Positions 31,101-39,518 are shown, counted from the first letter of the stretch. The stretch is 64,000 nt of DNA from Arcobacteraceae bacterium (GCA_965224485.1 CBDCZH010000010.1:352001-416000), one strand, 5' to 3'. The notes: generated from the sequence alone by a model not told the origin. Numbers and translations: made by a program.

Positions 31101-31317
31101 ATTTGTTGAGTTTATTGTTGTTAATTATACAAAAAAGATTCTTGATTTTAAAAGAGTAAATGAAGAACCAGAATTAGCTTTTAGTAATTTTATAAATAAT
31201 GATAAAGAAACTTTTCTAAAAGTAAAAAATAATTTAAATAGATTTATGAAAAATGACAATAAAGATATTAAAGATATCACAATTACAGTGAATCAATTAA
31301 TGGTATCACTAATATAA
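28132..31317 (+). CDS. gdhB: NAD-specific glutamate dehydrogenase, large type (shortened)
   Basis: GVHLR...RGGLRWS, GAKGGF, YFVVAADKGTA, AFASGGS.GYGHK, EGGNLGFTQ, DAIDNAAGV. Confidence 0.92.
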   Translation: MPNSEINALCSQLLTANDLKISKELFLKLQNDDIVTSIFENNDLRSIKIFSKTKLYLTQITPILHDMGFVIIDEVTYEIIQDKIKVYVSRFNLSLEDTKKIQKASENIEYVLSQTLKSDVIKNCKLYTLVYDENFSIKKIFLLRALIEYLDQAALNLNSVTISNTLKKHHKISSLFVNYFMSKFNPMIKNRKTLLSSITTEIEDSIKLIPDIIDDRILKIMFELLKSLLRTNFYLNKEAISFKINTKEFSQNLKGLQPNLESFVYHPDFYGVHLRMSKISRGGLRWSERHDDYRQEIKSLMITQESKNSIIIPDGAKGGFVINKESSEITKEFFTKIYSLYINSMLDLVDNMEDSKVIKNKNIIAYDDDDAYFVVAADKGTAAMSDIANDIAKSRNFWLGDAFASGGSNGYGHKDLGITAKGSIESTKRFFLEEGIDIYKDEISVIGLGSMNGDVFGNGMIESDKFKLIAAIAHKEIFIDPNPDLKTAYIERKRLFNEKDSSWKKYNNKLISKGGGIFSRKDKEILLSSEIKTLLNTNKKVLSGEELAKKLLCLDVDLLFNAGVGTYVKASEENSLDIGDKQNEALRIDAQELKARIVCEGGNLGFTQKARIEFALNGGKINLDAIDNAAGVNTSDREVNLKILLNIIKNDGLLTQEEANTSLHSLTSQVVEMVLDNNYKQALAISIDERFSRRYLSDFLRSIEVLENNLLAFKRSNLNIPKNESIKNIIDKNASIVRPVLGSLLSSCKILVKNILMESTLIDETFALKFLYSYFPKTYASSYKNEINKHPLKREIIATCIADFLINSQGVTFVGDYDKLGAFKFINKIKSFIIVNDLFDSVKIKDLIALNDYKIDIKTQYKLINKLEYIIYASTRWMVKYLKQNQLDINHILDHKKELFLLLSSVHKQNLIVYLEGEDKFNEFFSVIDYLRFAVAAINVKENSNHSFKDVVVLFYCLIHEFNILDIIVALNRVDILNKSDMTLRTQVLQFVEFIVVNYTKKILDFKRVNEEPELAFSNFINNDKETFLKVKNNLNRFMKNDNKDIKDITITVNQLMVSLI

Positions 31318-31327
31318 AGGATTAAAT

Positions 31328-31537
31328 ATGTCAAAGAATAAAGGCGAGCCTAGTTTAGAAAAGATTGATGACTTTAAAGGTAAAGAGAGTAAAAGCAAGA
31401 GAAATACTGTGCGTTTAGTTATTATTTCTCTTTTGATAATAGGTATAGTATTATCTTATATAAAAAGTGATAACTCTAAAGTTGATGATTATATTGGAGT
31501 AAAAGATAAACCAGGAATTGATATTTCTAAAAAGTAG
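31328..31537 (+). CDS. Small single-TM hypothetical protein
   Basis: RBS AAGGA and one hydrophobic helix. Confidence 0.7.
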   Translation: MSKNKGEPSLEKIDDFKGKESKSKRNTVRLVIISLLIIGIVLSYIKSDNSKVDDYIGVKDKPGIDISKK

Positions 31538-31575
31538 TAGTTAAAAGAAACTTACTACTTTTTATAGTTTTTATT

Positions 31576-32049
31576 TTATAGTTTTAAAGAAAACTTTGCT
31601 TTGGTATTTTCACTACCTTCACTGGATGAATTTATCATCCAAATTGAAAAGATGTCTAAGTATTTCCAAAAAGATTCTATTAATTCTTCTTCTAAATTTG
31701 TTTTTTCTAAAGCTTTGGCAAATGTTTCTAACCAAACTATTCTAGCTTCTGGTGTTATTTTAAAAGGGGCATGACGTGCGGCCATTCTAGGAGCTCCTCT
31801 GCTTTGATCAAAGTATCTAGGGCCTCCACAGATTTGTATAAAAAAGTCTGCTGCATGTTTTTTTGCTAAGTTTAGTATTTTGTCATCTTTAGGAAATAAA
31901 TTCTTAATAGAGCTTATTTTTAAAAACTCATAATGATCACTTATTAACTCTCTCATTCCTTCTTCACTTAACTTTTCTAAAATTTCTATTTTAGGTAGTT
32001 CTACTTGAGGTCTTGAGTTTGTGCCAAGTTTTGTGATTTTAAATTCCAT
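31576..32049 (-). CDS. Truncated (2/2) globin
   Basis: FFIQICGGPRY, PRMAARHAPFKIT, WL, WMIN. Confidence 0.88.
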   Translation of the reverse strand: MEFKITKLGTNSRPQVELPKIEILEKLSEEGMRELISDHYEFLKISSIKNLFPKDDKILNLAKKHAADFFIQICGGPRYFDQSRGAPRMAARHAPFKITPEARIVWLETFAKALEKTNLEEELIESFWKYLDIFSIWMINSSSEGSENTKAKFSLKL

Positions 32050-32174
32050 TATTATCCTTGTATATATAGTTCAATTAAAAGTTAAATATACATAATGAAA
32101 ACTTTTTTATTGACTTTTTTTAAATTTAATATTAATTTTAGAGCTATTTTTAATAAAAAGTACAAAAGTACTTT

Positions 32175-34049
32175 TTATTTATAATTTTCTTTTTTATCAC
32201 TAGTATCTAATTCTTGCCCAATTTCTTGGTATCTTTTGAAATAGTATTTAACAAAAGAGTTTATTTGTTTATTTACAGGTAAAAAGTATTTTTGCTGTTT
32301 TACTGCATAAAGATTTAGAAATTCTAAAGCATCTTTTTTATCTAAATAGTGCTGTGCTAATTGAGTATATGTAGTGATATACCATTTCTTTAAATCTTCA
32401 TATTTATCTAAAGATAAGTCAATCTTTAGGTTTTTTTCATCCCAAAGCAATATTTTTGAATCAAATAAAGCGCTTAAGTGAATTAAACCCTCACAATAAT
32501 ATGGCTGAACTTCATCAACTTCCATCCATCCTATTAAGCTTATTGCTCTTTTAATAGTATCTATTAAAACTTGTGTGCTTAGGTGTTTTTCATCTTTTTG
32601 CTCATCTAGAAAAAATGAAACTAAACCTCCCGTTGTTGCTTTAAACTCTTCAATATTTTTAAAGTTACCTGATTTATTCATTAGAGTTTCTGTTTCATCA
32701 TCACACCATAAAATATGGCCATACTCATGTCCCACAGTGCTAATATCATAAACTTGATGCCAAGAAGATGTTTCTTTAAATAAAAACTCTCTATCTTGTG
32801 TAAGTAAGTCTTTTGAAAATATTTCTGAAGATAGTTTTAAAAATGGTTTAGCTCTACTTGTTTGTAATATTTCATCAGCAAAAGCAAAAATCTTTTTTCC
32901 TTCTTCTTTTGAAACTATTTCATCATTTGGTACAACTTGTGCTGAGAATAATCCGTTGAATTCAGCCCCAAAAAATATAGCTGGACGACCTATATATAAC
33001 TGTACTTTATCTAAAGATTTTAATGAGAAATTGTAAATACTTTGATATTTTTTATTTTCAGGAAAACTTGAAAAAATTTTAGCAAAAGAGTTTTTTATCT
33101 TATTTACTCTGTGGTCATTTTGTTCAAACTTTGGGTTTGTAAATCTAATATCCCACTCTAGGGCAACTGCTTTTCTAAAATGATCTTCATAATACTCTAA
33201 AGGATGTCCTATTTGAATAGGAGATTTTATTTTCATCCATGCTCTATCTACATCAGCCCATTTTGAAACTAAAAGATTAGTTTTATCCTCACTAAAAGCT
33301 TTAATAAGATTTTGAATATATAAAATATAGTTCCACTTTTGTTCATATATATTATCTTCTAGTTCTATTAAACTCTCTTCAAACTCTTCTAAAGCATCAA
33401 TAACAGCAGTTGTTTTTTCTTTAAAAACTTTGATATAAGCTTCACTTTTATATTGTCCTTCATGTTTAACTAAAGCAGAATATGATCTATCAGCTTGAAG
33501 TTCATTATGTCCTAAATCAAAAAGATTATTTTGCTCTAAATAAGAAAATACTTTTTCTTCATTATCATCAAATTTTTCTAATAAGTCTTTATTTACACCA
33601 TTTATAATATGCGCTGTCCATGAACTTTGCCATGAACTCATTTTAAGTCCTACATTATAAACACCTTGAAAAATAGCTGCGTAAAAAGGTGAAAGTAAGT
33701 TGTTATTTACTATATAATCAACAGTATTTTTATGTTTCTTATGCCAATACTCTTTTACAAAAAGATAAGCTTTTTCTTTTAAAAGTATTATTTCTTCATC
33801 ATCTTTTGGTAGTTTTTTAAGAACTTGACTTAAAGAATCATCTCTTAAATTAACTAATCTTGTTACAAGAGCAAAACGTAAATCTTCACTCATTTCAAGA
33901 TTTAATTTTTTTGCAAAATCATCAATTATTTTTAATTTATCAAACTCTTTATTTTCTAAATGTGATATCAATTTATTTATATTTTCTTTTTGTGTATTTA
34001 AAAAATCATATACTTTATAAGAATCATTTAAAAATTTATCTTTGCTCAT
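32175..34049 (-). CDS. ciaB: Campylobacter invasion antigen B homologue (HEXXH metallopeptidase-like)
   Basis: GHPLEYYED..RKAVALEWD, GLFSAQVVPNDE, GHEYGHIL, KNIEEFKAT.GGL, PYYCEGLIH. Confidence 0.92.
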   Translation of the reverse strand: MSKDKFLNDSYKVYDFLNTQKENINKLISHLENKEFDKLKIIDDFAKKLNLEMSEDLRFALVTRLVNLRDDSLSQVLKKLPKDDEEIILLKEKAYLFVKEYWHKKHKNTVDYIVNNNLLSPFYAAIFQGVYNVGLKMSSWQSSWTAHIINGVNKDLLEKFDDNEEKVFSYLEQNNLFDLGHNELQADRSYSALVKHEGQYKSEAYIKVFKEKTTAVIDALEEFEESLIELEDNIYEQKWNYILYIQNLIKAFSEDKTNLLVSKWADVDRAWMKIKSPIQIGHPLEYYEDHFRKAVALEWDIRFTNPKFEQNDHRVNKIKNSFAKIFSSFPENKKYQSIYNFSLKSLDKVQLYIGRPAIFFGAEFNGLFSAQVVPNDEIVSKEEGKKIFAFADEILQTSRAKPFLKLSSEIFSKDLLTQDREFLFKETSSWHQVYDISTVGHEYGHILWCDDETETLMNKSGNFKNIEEFKATTGGLVSFFLDEQKDEKHLSTQVLIDTIKRAISLIGWMEVDEVQPYYCEGLIHLSALFDSKILLWDEKNLKIDLSLDKYEDLKKWYITTYTQLAQHYLDKKDALEFLNLYAVKQQKYFLPVNKQINSFVKYYFKRYQEIGQELDTSDKKENYK

Positions 34050-34138
34050 GTTGAACCCTTATATATTTTATATTAGTAATTTCTAAGTCTATCTTTTTTA
34101 ATCTTGAAGAGTTATAAGAGAGCTTTGATTTTTAGAAA

Positions 34139-34165
34139 CTAGCACTTTTGCATACAAAGTGCTAA
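34139..34165 (+). promoter_or_regulatory. CIRCE element (HrcA operator) upstream of htpG
   Basis: CTAGCACTT-N9-AAGTGCTAA against consensus TTAGCACTC-N9-GAGTGCTAA, with exact 9-bp spacing. Confidence 0.85.
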
Positions 34166-34246
34166 TTTCTTTTTAAACTTTAGCCTACTTTTATAAAGAT
34201 ATGATAAAATCATCTTAATAAATATAAAAAATATAAGGAGAAATTT

Positions 34247-36151
34247 ATGGCAAAACATCAATTTCAAACAGAAGTAGGACAATTATTACATTTAATGACG
34301 CACTCTTTATACTCAAATAAAGAGATTTTTATAAGAGAGTTAGTATCAAATGCAAGTGATGCTATTGATAAGTTAAATTATTTAAAATTAACTGATGATA
34401 GTATTAAATCATCTTTACCTGACACTTGGAGTGGACAAGTTACAATCTCTTTTGATGAAGATGATAAATCTTTAACTATTATGGATAATGGTGTTGGTAT
34501 GAATGGTGAAGATTTAATATCTTCAATTGGTACAATCGCTAAATCAGGAACAAAATCATTTGTTGAAGCAATGACTGGTGATGCTAAAAAAGATTCTAAT
34601 TTAATTGGACAATTCGGTGTTGGTTTTTATTCTGTTTTTATGGTTGCATCTCATGTTGATGTAATTTCAAAAAAAGCTGGAGAAGAAGTAGCTTACAAAT
34701 GGTCAAGTGATGGTTCAGGTGAATTTGATTTAGATGAAGTTACTAAAGAAAGCGTTGGAACTGTTATTTATATTAAACTAAAAGATGAAGAAGCTGCTGA
34801 ATTTGCAACAAAAGAGCGAATTACAACTATTGTTACAAAATATTCAAATCATATTGCATATCCAATTTTCTTAGATTATAAAGAAGAAGTTACTGAAGAC
34901 TTAAGTGAAGAAGATACAAAAGCGGGAAAAGAAGCTAAAAAAACTATAGAAGATAAACATGAAAAAATAAATGAAGCTACAGCTTTATGGATGCAGCCAA
35001 AAGCTAAGCTTAAAAAAGATGAGTATAATGATTTTTATAAATCAATTTCTCATGATTCAAGTGATCCTATGCTTACAATTCATACAAAAGCAGAAGGTGT
35101 AAATGAGTATACAACTCTATTTTATGTTCCTTCAATTGCTCCTATGGATATGTATAGAGCTGATTACCAACCTGGTGTTAAACTTTATGTTAAAAGAGTA
35201 TTTATTACAGATTCTGAAAAAGAATTATTACCAACTTATTTAAGATTTGTAAGAGGTATTATTGATAGCGAAGATTTACCATTAAATGTATCTAGAGAAA
35301 TTTTACAAGAAAACAGAGTTATGGCAAATATTAAACAAAGTTCTGTTAAAAAAATTCTTGGTGAGATTAAGAAACTTTCTAAAAATGAAGAAAAATATGC
35401 TGCTTTTATTGCTCAATATAATAGAGCTTTAAAAGAGGGTGTTTATCAAGACTTTACAAATAAAGAAGCTATCTTAGAACTAGTAAGATATAAAACAACA
35501 AATGATGAAAAAATGACTTCATTAGCTTCTTATAAAGATAGAGCTAATACAGAGCAAAAAGCAATTTTTTATATAGTTGGAGAAAATGAAAAAGTTCTTA
35601 AGAACTCACCTTTACTTGAAGCTTATAAAAAGAATAATATTGAAGTTCTAATTTTAGATGATAAAGAAATTGATGAAATTATAACTCCTGCAATTGGAGC
35701 TTATAAAGAATGGACATTTAAAGATATTTCTTCTTGTGAAGCACCTGCTATTGAGCAAAGTGAAGAGAAGAAAAAAGAAGTAGAAGAAAAATTTCAAGAT
35801 ATAACTTCTAAAATTAAAGATATCTTAGGTGAGGCTGTTAGTGATGTTAGAGTTACAAATAGACTAAGTGAATCTCCTTCTTGTGTAGTTAAAGATGGAA
35901 ATGATCAAATGGCACAAATGGCACAAATGATGAAAGCAATGGGTCAAGAAATGCCAGATTCAGCTCCAATTTTAGAAATAAATCCAGAGCATGAAATAGT
36001 AACAAAACTTAATACTTCAAAAGATGATAAATTAGTTGATGATATTGCATGGTTATTATTAGACCAAGCTAAGTTAAGTGAAGGTATGGATATTACAGAT
36101 GCGGTAGCGTTTGCACAGCGTCTAAACCGAATAACAGCAAAAGCTTTATAA
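34247..36151 (+). CDS. htpG: Chaperone HtpG (Hsp90)
   Basis: HSLYSNKEIFIRELVSNASDA, IGQFGVGFYS, DLPLNVSRE, LEINPEH. Confidence 0.98.
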   Translation: MAKHQFQTEVGQLLHLMTHSLYSNKEIFIRELVSNASDAIDKLNYLKLTDDSIKSSLPDTWSGQVTISFDEDDKSLTIMDNGVGMNGEDLISSIGTIAKSGTKSFVEAMTGDAKKDSNLIGQFGVGFYSVFMVASHVDVISKKAGEEVAYKWSSDGSGEFDLDEVTKESVGTVIYIKLKDEEAAEFATKERITTIVTKYSNHIAYPIFLDYKEEVTEDLSEEDTKAGKEAKKTIEDKHEKINEATALWMQPKAKLKKDEYNDFYKSISHDSSDPMLTIHTKAEGVNEYTTLFYVPSIAPMDMYRADYQPGVKLYVKRVFITDSEKELLPTYLRFVRGIIDSEDLPLNVSREILQENRVMANIKQSSVKKILGEIKKLSKNEEKYAAFIAQYNRALKEGVYQDFTNKEAILELVRYKTTNDEKMTSLASYKDRANTEQKAIFYIVGENEKVLKNSPLLEAYKKNNIEVLILDDKEIDEIITPAIGAYKEWTFKDISSCEAPAIEQSEEKKKEVEEKFQDITSKIKDILGEAVSDVRVTNRLSESPSCVVKDGNDQMAQMAQMMKAMGQEMPDSAPILEINPEHEIVTKLNTSKDDKLVDDIAWLLLDQAKLSEGMDITDAVAFAQRLNRITAKAL

Positions 36152-36273
36152 AAAGAGCTATTTGCACGTATTTTCTGCGTTGGAGATAGTTTTGTGCTCA
36201 ATCACGCACTTATGTGTGCGCTCAATCACAAAAAACTATCTCCGCCTTGAAACTACATACAACTAGCTCTTTT
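36151..36273. repeat. MITE/REP-like nested inverted-repeat element, with a degenerate half-copy at 36307-36353
   Basis: Terminal IR AAAAGAGCTA/TAGCTCTTTT; inner IR GGAGATAGTTTT/AAAACTATCTCC; central CGCAC/GTGCG; direct repeat GCTCAATCAC x2. Confidence 0.7.
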
Positions 36274-36428
36274 AGAGCCGGTTGTTATTTCTAATTCAAA
36301 ATGTAGGCTCAATCGTAAAAAACTTTGTCCGCTTTGAACCTAAACATAACTAGTTAATTTATAACAGTTGTGTTGTTCTTTTCTATTGCTCTTTTAGAGC
36401 TGCTTGTGTTGTTCTCTTCTATTAAAAA

Positions 36429-37544
36429 CGCCCATTCAACTTAGAAGTGCAACACTAACTATTAAATTATGCTGATAATTTCCTTTGTAAATTATTAAAA
36501 AATATCTCATTTGGAGTTTTATACTCAAGAATTTTTCTCGGTCTATTATTTAGACGATTTTGAATATGTATTATTTCTGTTCTTGATATTTTCTCAAACT
36601 CACTTTTCTTAGGAATATATTCTCTTATTAATCCATTAGTGTGCTCATTTAATCCTCTTTGCCAAGAAGAATATGGATCACAGAAAAAGAACTTAATATT
36701 TAGTTCTTTTGCTACTTCTTCATGAAAGGAGAACTCTTTTCCATTATCTGAAGTTATTGTATGAACTAGGCTTTTAATTGGTTTTAACATGTCTATAATA
36801 GCTTGTGTTACACCCGAAGCATGTTTAGATTCTACTTTTTTAATAAGAGTGAATTTACTGTTACAAGTGCACCTTTGTGATTTTTACCAATAACAGTATC
36901 AACTTCAAAGTCTCCAAATCTACTTTTTCTATCAACAAGAACTGAACGTTTATTGATATTAACTCTATTTTTAATTTGTCCTCTTGTTCTATAAAGTTCA
37001 GACCTATTTTTATATTTTTTGTTTTGATGCCTTAGCCATTTAAAGAGTTTACCACCATGCCTTTGGTTTTTATATATGTATCTGTATATAGTTTCATGGG
37101 AAATAATAACTATTTTATCTTTTTTAAGTCTTCCTGCTATTTGCTCTGGTGACCAATTATCTCTTAATCTTTTACCGATGAGTAATTTTATTTTATTGTT
37201 TAATTTTTTATTAGTTCTCTTATTTATATCTCTTGATGCTGATTGAATCTCAGCATACTCAGGGTTGTAATAACCGTTACTACTATTTCTTTTTAGTTCT
37301 CTTGAAATTGTAGACTTGTTAAAGTTTAATACTCTAGCTATTTTGCTTATTGAATAATTTTCTTGTTTGTAAGCAAAGATTTGATACCTTAAACCTAAGG
37401 TTAATTGTTTATACTTTTCACCCTCAAGGGGTACCCCGTCATTAAATGCTCCATTTATCGGTCAGGATAATAAGCTTTAATTGTATATCAACTAACCTTA
37501 CTATCTTGACTTATTAAACGTTGCACTTCTAATGTGAATCTACA
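36429..37544 (-). mobile_element. IS30-family insertion sequence (1116 bp), inactivated
   Basis: Imperfect 26-bp terminal IRs: CGCCCATTCAACTTAGAAGTGCAACA (36429-36454) and TGTAGATTCACATTAGAAGTGCAACG (minus strand, 37544-37519). AA on both flanks is compatible with a 2-bp TSD. Confidence 0.9.
36467..37442 (-). pseudogene. IS30-family transposase pseudogene
   Basis: Hand translation gives KYKQLT...KSTISRELKRN...WSPEQIAGR...SHETIY...GDFEVDTVIG. A frameshift near 36860 follows, then SKFTLIKK...TITSDNGKEF...WQRGLNEHTNGLIR...NNRPRK. The start ATG is put out of frame by a 20-bp insert. Confidence 0.9.
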
Positions 37545-37566
37545 AAATACACTCCTAAATCCTATT

Positions 37567-37739
37567 TAATTATCCTTATATATGATATATCATAATTTCT
37601 AAGCAAGAATTAATTTTAAGAGTACAAAAAATGTCTTTATATATGATATATCCTAATTTTGAAGCAAAAATTAATTTAAAGAGTGCAATAATTGTCTTTA
37701 TATAGGATATATCATAATTTCAAAGAAAAAATTAATTTA
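37567..37739. repeat. Tandem repeat, ~2.8 copies of a 61-bp unit with palindromic core
   Basis: Cores TATGATATATCATA (37581), TATGATATATCCTA (37642) and TAGGATATATCATA (37703); flanks are also similar. Confidence 0.9.
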
Positions 37740-37773
37740 TATTTTAAAAATATATATTTGAGAAAGATTTAAA

Positions 37774-39339
37774 ATGAATAAAATATTATTATTTGTCCTA
37801 TTCCCTATAAGTATATATGCTAATAAAGATATTGATTTTTCTATATTTAATTATCCATGGATTGTGTCTTATTTCTTATTTTCTGTTTTTTTTACAACTT
37901 TTTTTATTTTTATACTTAAAAAATCTTCTTCTGTTCGTAGTATAATTATATTTTTAGAAAATAACTATAAATTTAATATATTAGCTCTTTCTACTAATTC
38001 TTCTAAACATAAAATTACTTTATTTAAAAGATTCATTGCAACTTCTTTAAATTATAGTATTGATAAAAAGTTAAGTAAAAAACAAATAAATTTTAGATTT
38101 TATCTTATAAGTAAGTATGAAAATAATTTATTTTTTTGTGAACATATAAGAAAAAAAGATTTAGAAAATGATTATTTTTGTAAGTTAAATTTAATTATAA
38201 AAAGAAGTAATGAAGTTTATCTTTTAAAAGTTCCTATCAACTTATTAATTAAAAATCTTTACCTTCTTTTCATGACTGTTACTTCTAAAATTAATATAAA
38301 TAATATTTTGCTTTTTCTGCTTTCATTTTTGACTATCTTATTATCCACTATATATCTAATTTGGTCAAGTTATTATATTAAAATTGTTCAGTTGTTAGGT
38401 ATTATTCCTAACTCAATGGATCTTGAAATGTATCCATTCTTAACATATTTATTTACAGATATCTTTTTCCTTGCAATCTTACCTATACTTGTATCTTTTT
38501 TATTTATTAGTGTTTTTTTTAACTTGATTCTAATGGTAGTATACTTTGTAGGTAGATTTATTTTAAAAAAGAAAGAAGATATATTCTATGATACATTATA
38601 TTCCTATTCTATAAAGTCGTTTTTTATAAATAGTTTTACATATTTTTTTCCTATATTATTAATAGTATGGTTTTTATTTAATATTCTTATTTCTTACTAT
38701 AAAATATCATATCCCAATAATCCATCAATTAACTTAGCTAATACTAAATTGTATATGTATGATTATTTAAAGTACAGCCAAAAGCTTAAAATAGTTAAAC
38801 TTAATACCGTAGATACCCTAATAGTTGGCAGTGATGAAAATTTCTTTCAATATATTGATATCAATAAAAATAAAAATGATTTTTTTTCAAAAGAAACAAA
38901 ATCTTTGAAAAATTGTAATTATATAATTAATAATATTAATTATTCAAAAGAAGAAGCAATAAAAAATAATGAACTTCTTTCTTTAAAATTTAAAAGTGTT
39001 TTGTTAAATAATAATATTATAAATACAAACTCAATTAAGAATTACAAAATAAGTAGTTTATTAAAATATGAAGAGAGAACAGTAGATTTTAAAAAAGATT
39101 TTTATATAAATGAAATTGTGTCAAAATGTGGAATATTAGTAGTATTAAACTTAAAAAATAAAAAAGAATTATTAAAAAAAGTCGAACTATTAAATAATAA
39201 TATGCCTATTTTAACTCTACCTAATAGTTTATTTATTAAAAAGTTAAATAGTGAGTTAGATAAAGAAAATAATAAATTTAAGGAAAAAAATAAGAAATAT
39301 ATTTTAGAATTCGAACTTGCAGAGAAAAAAAAATGCTGA
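37774..39339 (+). CDS. Hypothetical multi-pass membrane protein, extremely AT-rich, probably C-terminally frameshifted (extension to 39496)
   Basis: 521-aa ORF with several TM segments and no motif I recognise. An A9 tract lies just before the stop. Confidence 0.7.
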   Translation: MNKILLFVLFPISIYANKDIDFSIFNYPWIVSYFLFSVFFTTFFIFILKKSSSVRSIIIFLENNYKFNILALSTNSSKHKITLFKRFIATSLNYSIDKKLSKKQINFRFYLISKYENNLFFCEHIRKKDLENDYFCKLNLIIKRSNEVYLLKVPINLLIKNLYLLFMTVTSKININNILLFLLSFLTILLSTIYLIWSSYYIKIVQLLGIIPNSMDLEMYPFLTYLFTDIFFLAILPILVSFLFISVFFNLILMVVYFVGRFILKKKEDIFYDTLYSYSIKSFFINSFTYFFPILLIVWFLFNILISYYKISYPNNPSINLANTKLYMYDYLKYSQKLKIVKLNTVDTLIVGSDENFFQYIDINKNKNDFFSKETKSLKNCNYIINNINYSKEEAIKNNELLSLKFKSVLLNNNIINTNSIKNYKISSLLKYEERTVDFKKDFYINEIVSKCGILVVLNLKNKKELLKKVELLNNNMPILTLPNSLFIKKLNSELDKENNKFKEKNKKYILEFELAEKKKC

Positions 39340-39518
39340 TTCATTAACAAGTTTCTTTAATAATAGATCATATGGTAGTTGGACTATAAATGATTTAGAA
39401 AAGTGGGCTAATAGCCTTGAACAAAATTCTACAAAAATTAAAATAAATAAATATATAGATGAATTTAAAAAATTAGAAACAACTGAAAAAAAATGATATA
39501 ATTAGTCACTAAAGGCAA

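Noticed and set aside
32110..32123. TTGAC-N4-TTTAA as an FNR/NssR site for the globin gene
   Set aside because: Only one convincing half-site.
36151..36273. Hairpin as an integron attC site
   Set aside because: No clear RYYYAAC/GTTRRRY termini bounding the stem, and no integrase or cassette array.
37567..37739. 61-bp periodic array as a CRISPR array
   Set aside because: The would-be spacers resemble each other (AAGAGTACAAAAAATGTC vs AAGAGTGCAATAATTGTC), the repeats are not identical, and no cas genes are in the window.
39334..39360. Selenocysteine readthrough at TGC-TGA
   Set aside because: An in-frame TAA follows within seven codons and no SECIS-like hairpin is seen; the frameshift explains it better.
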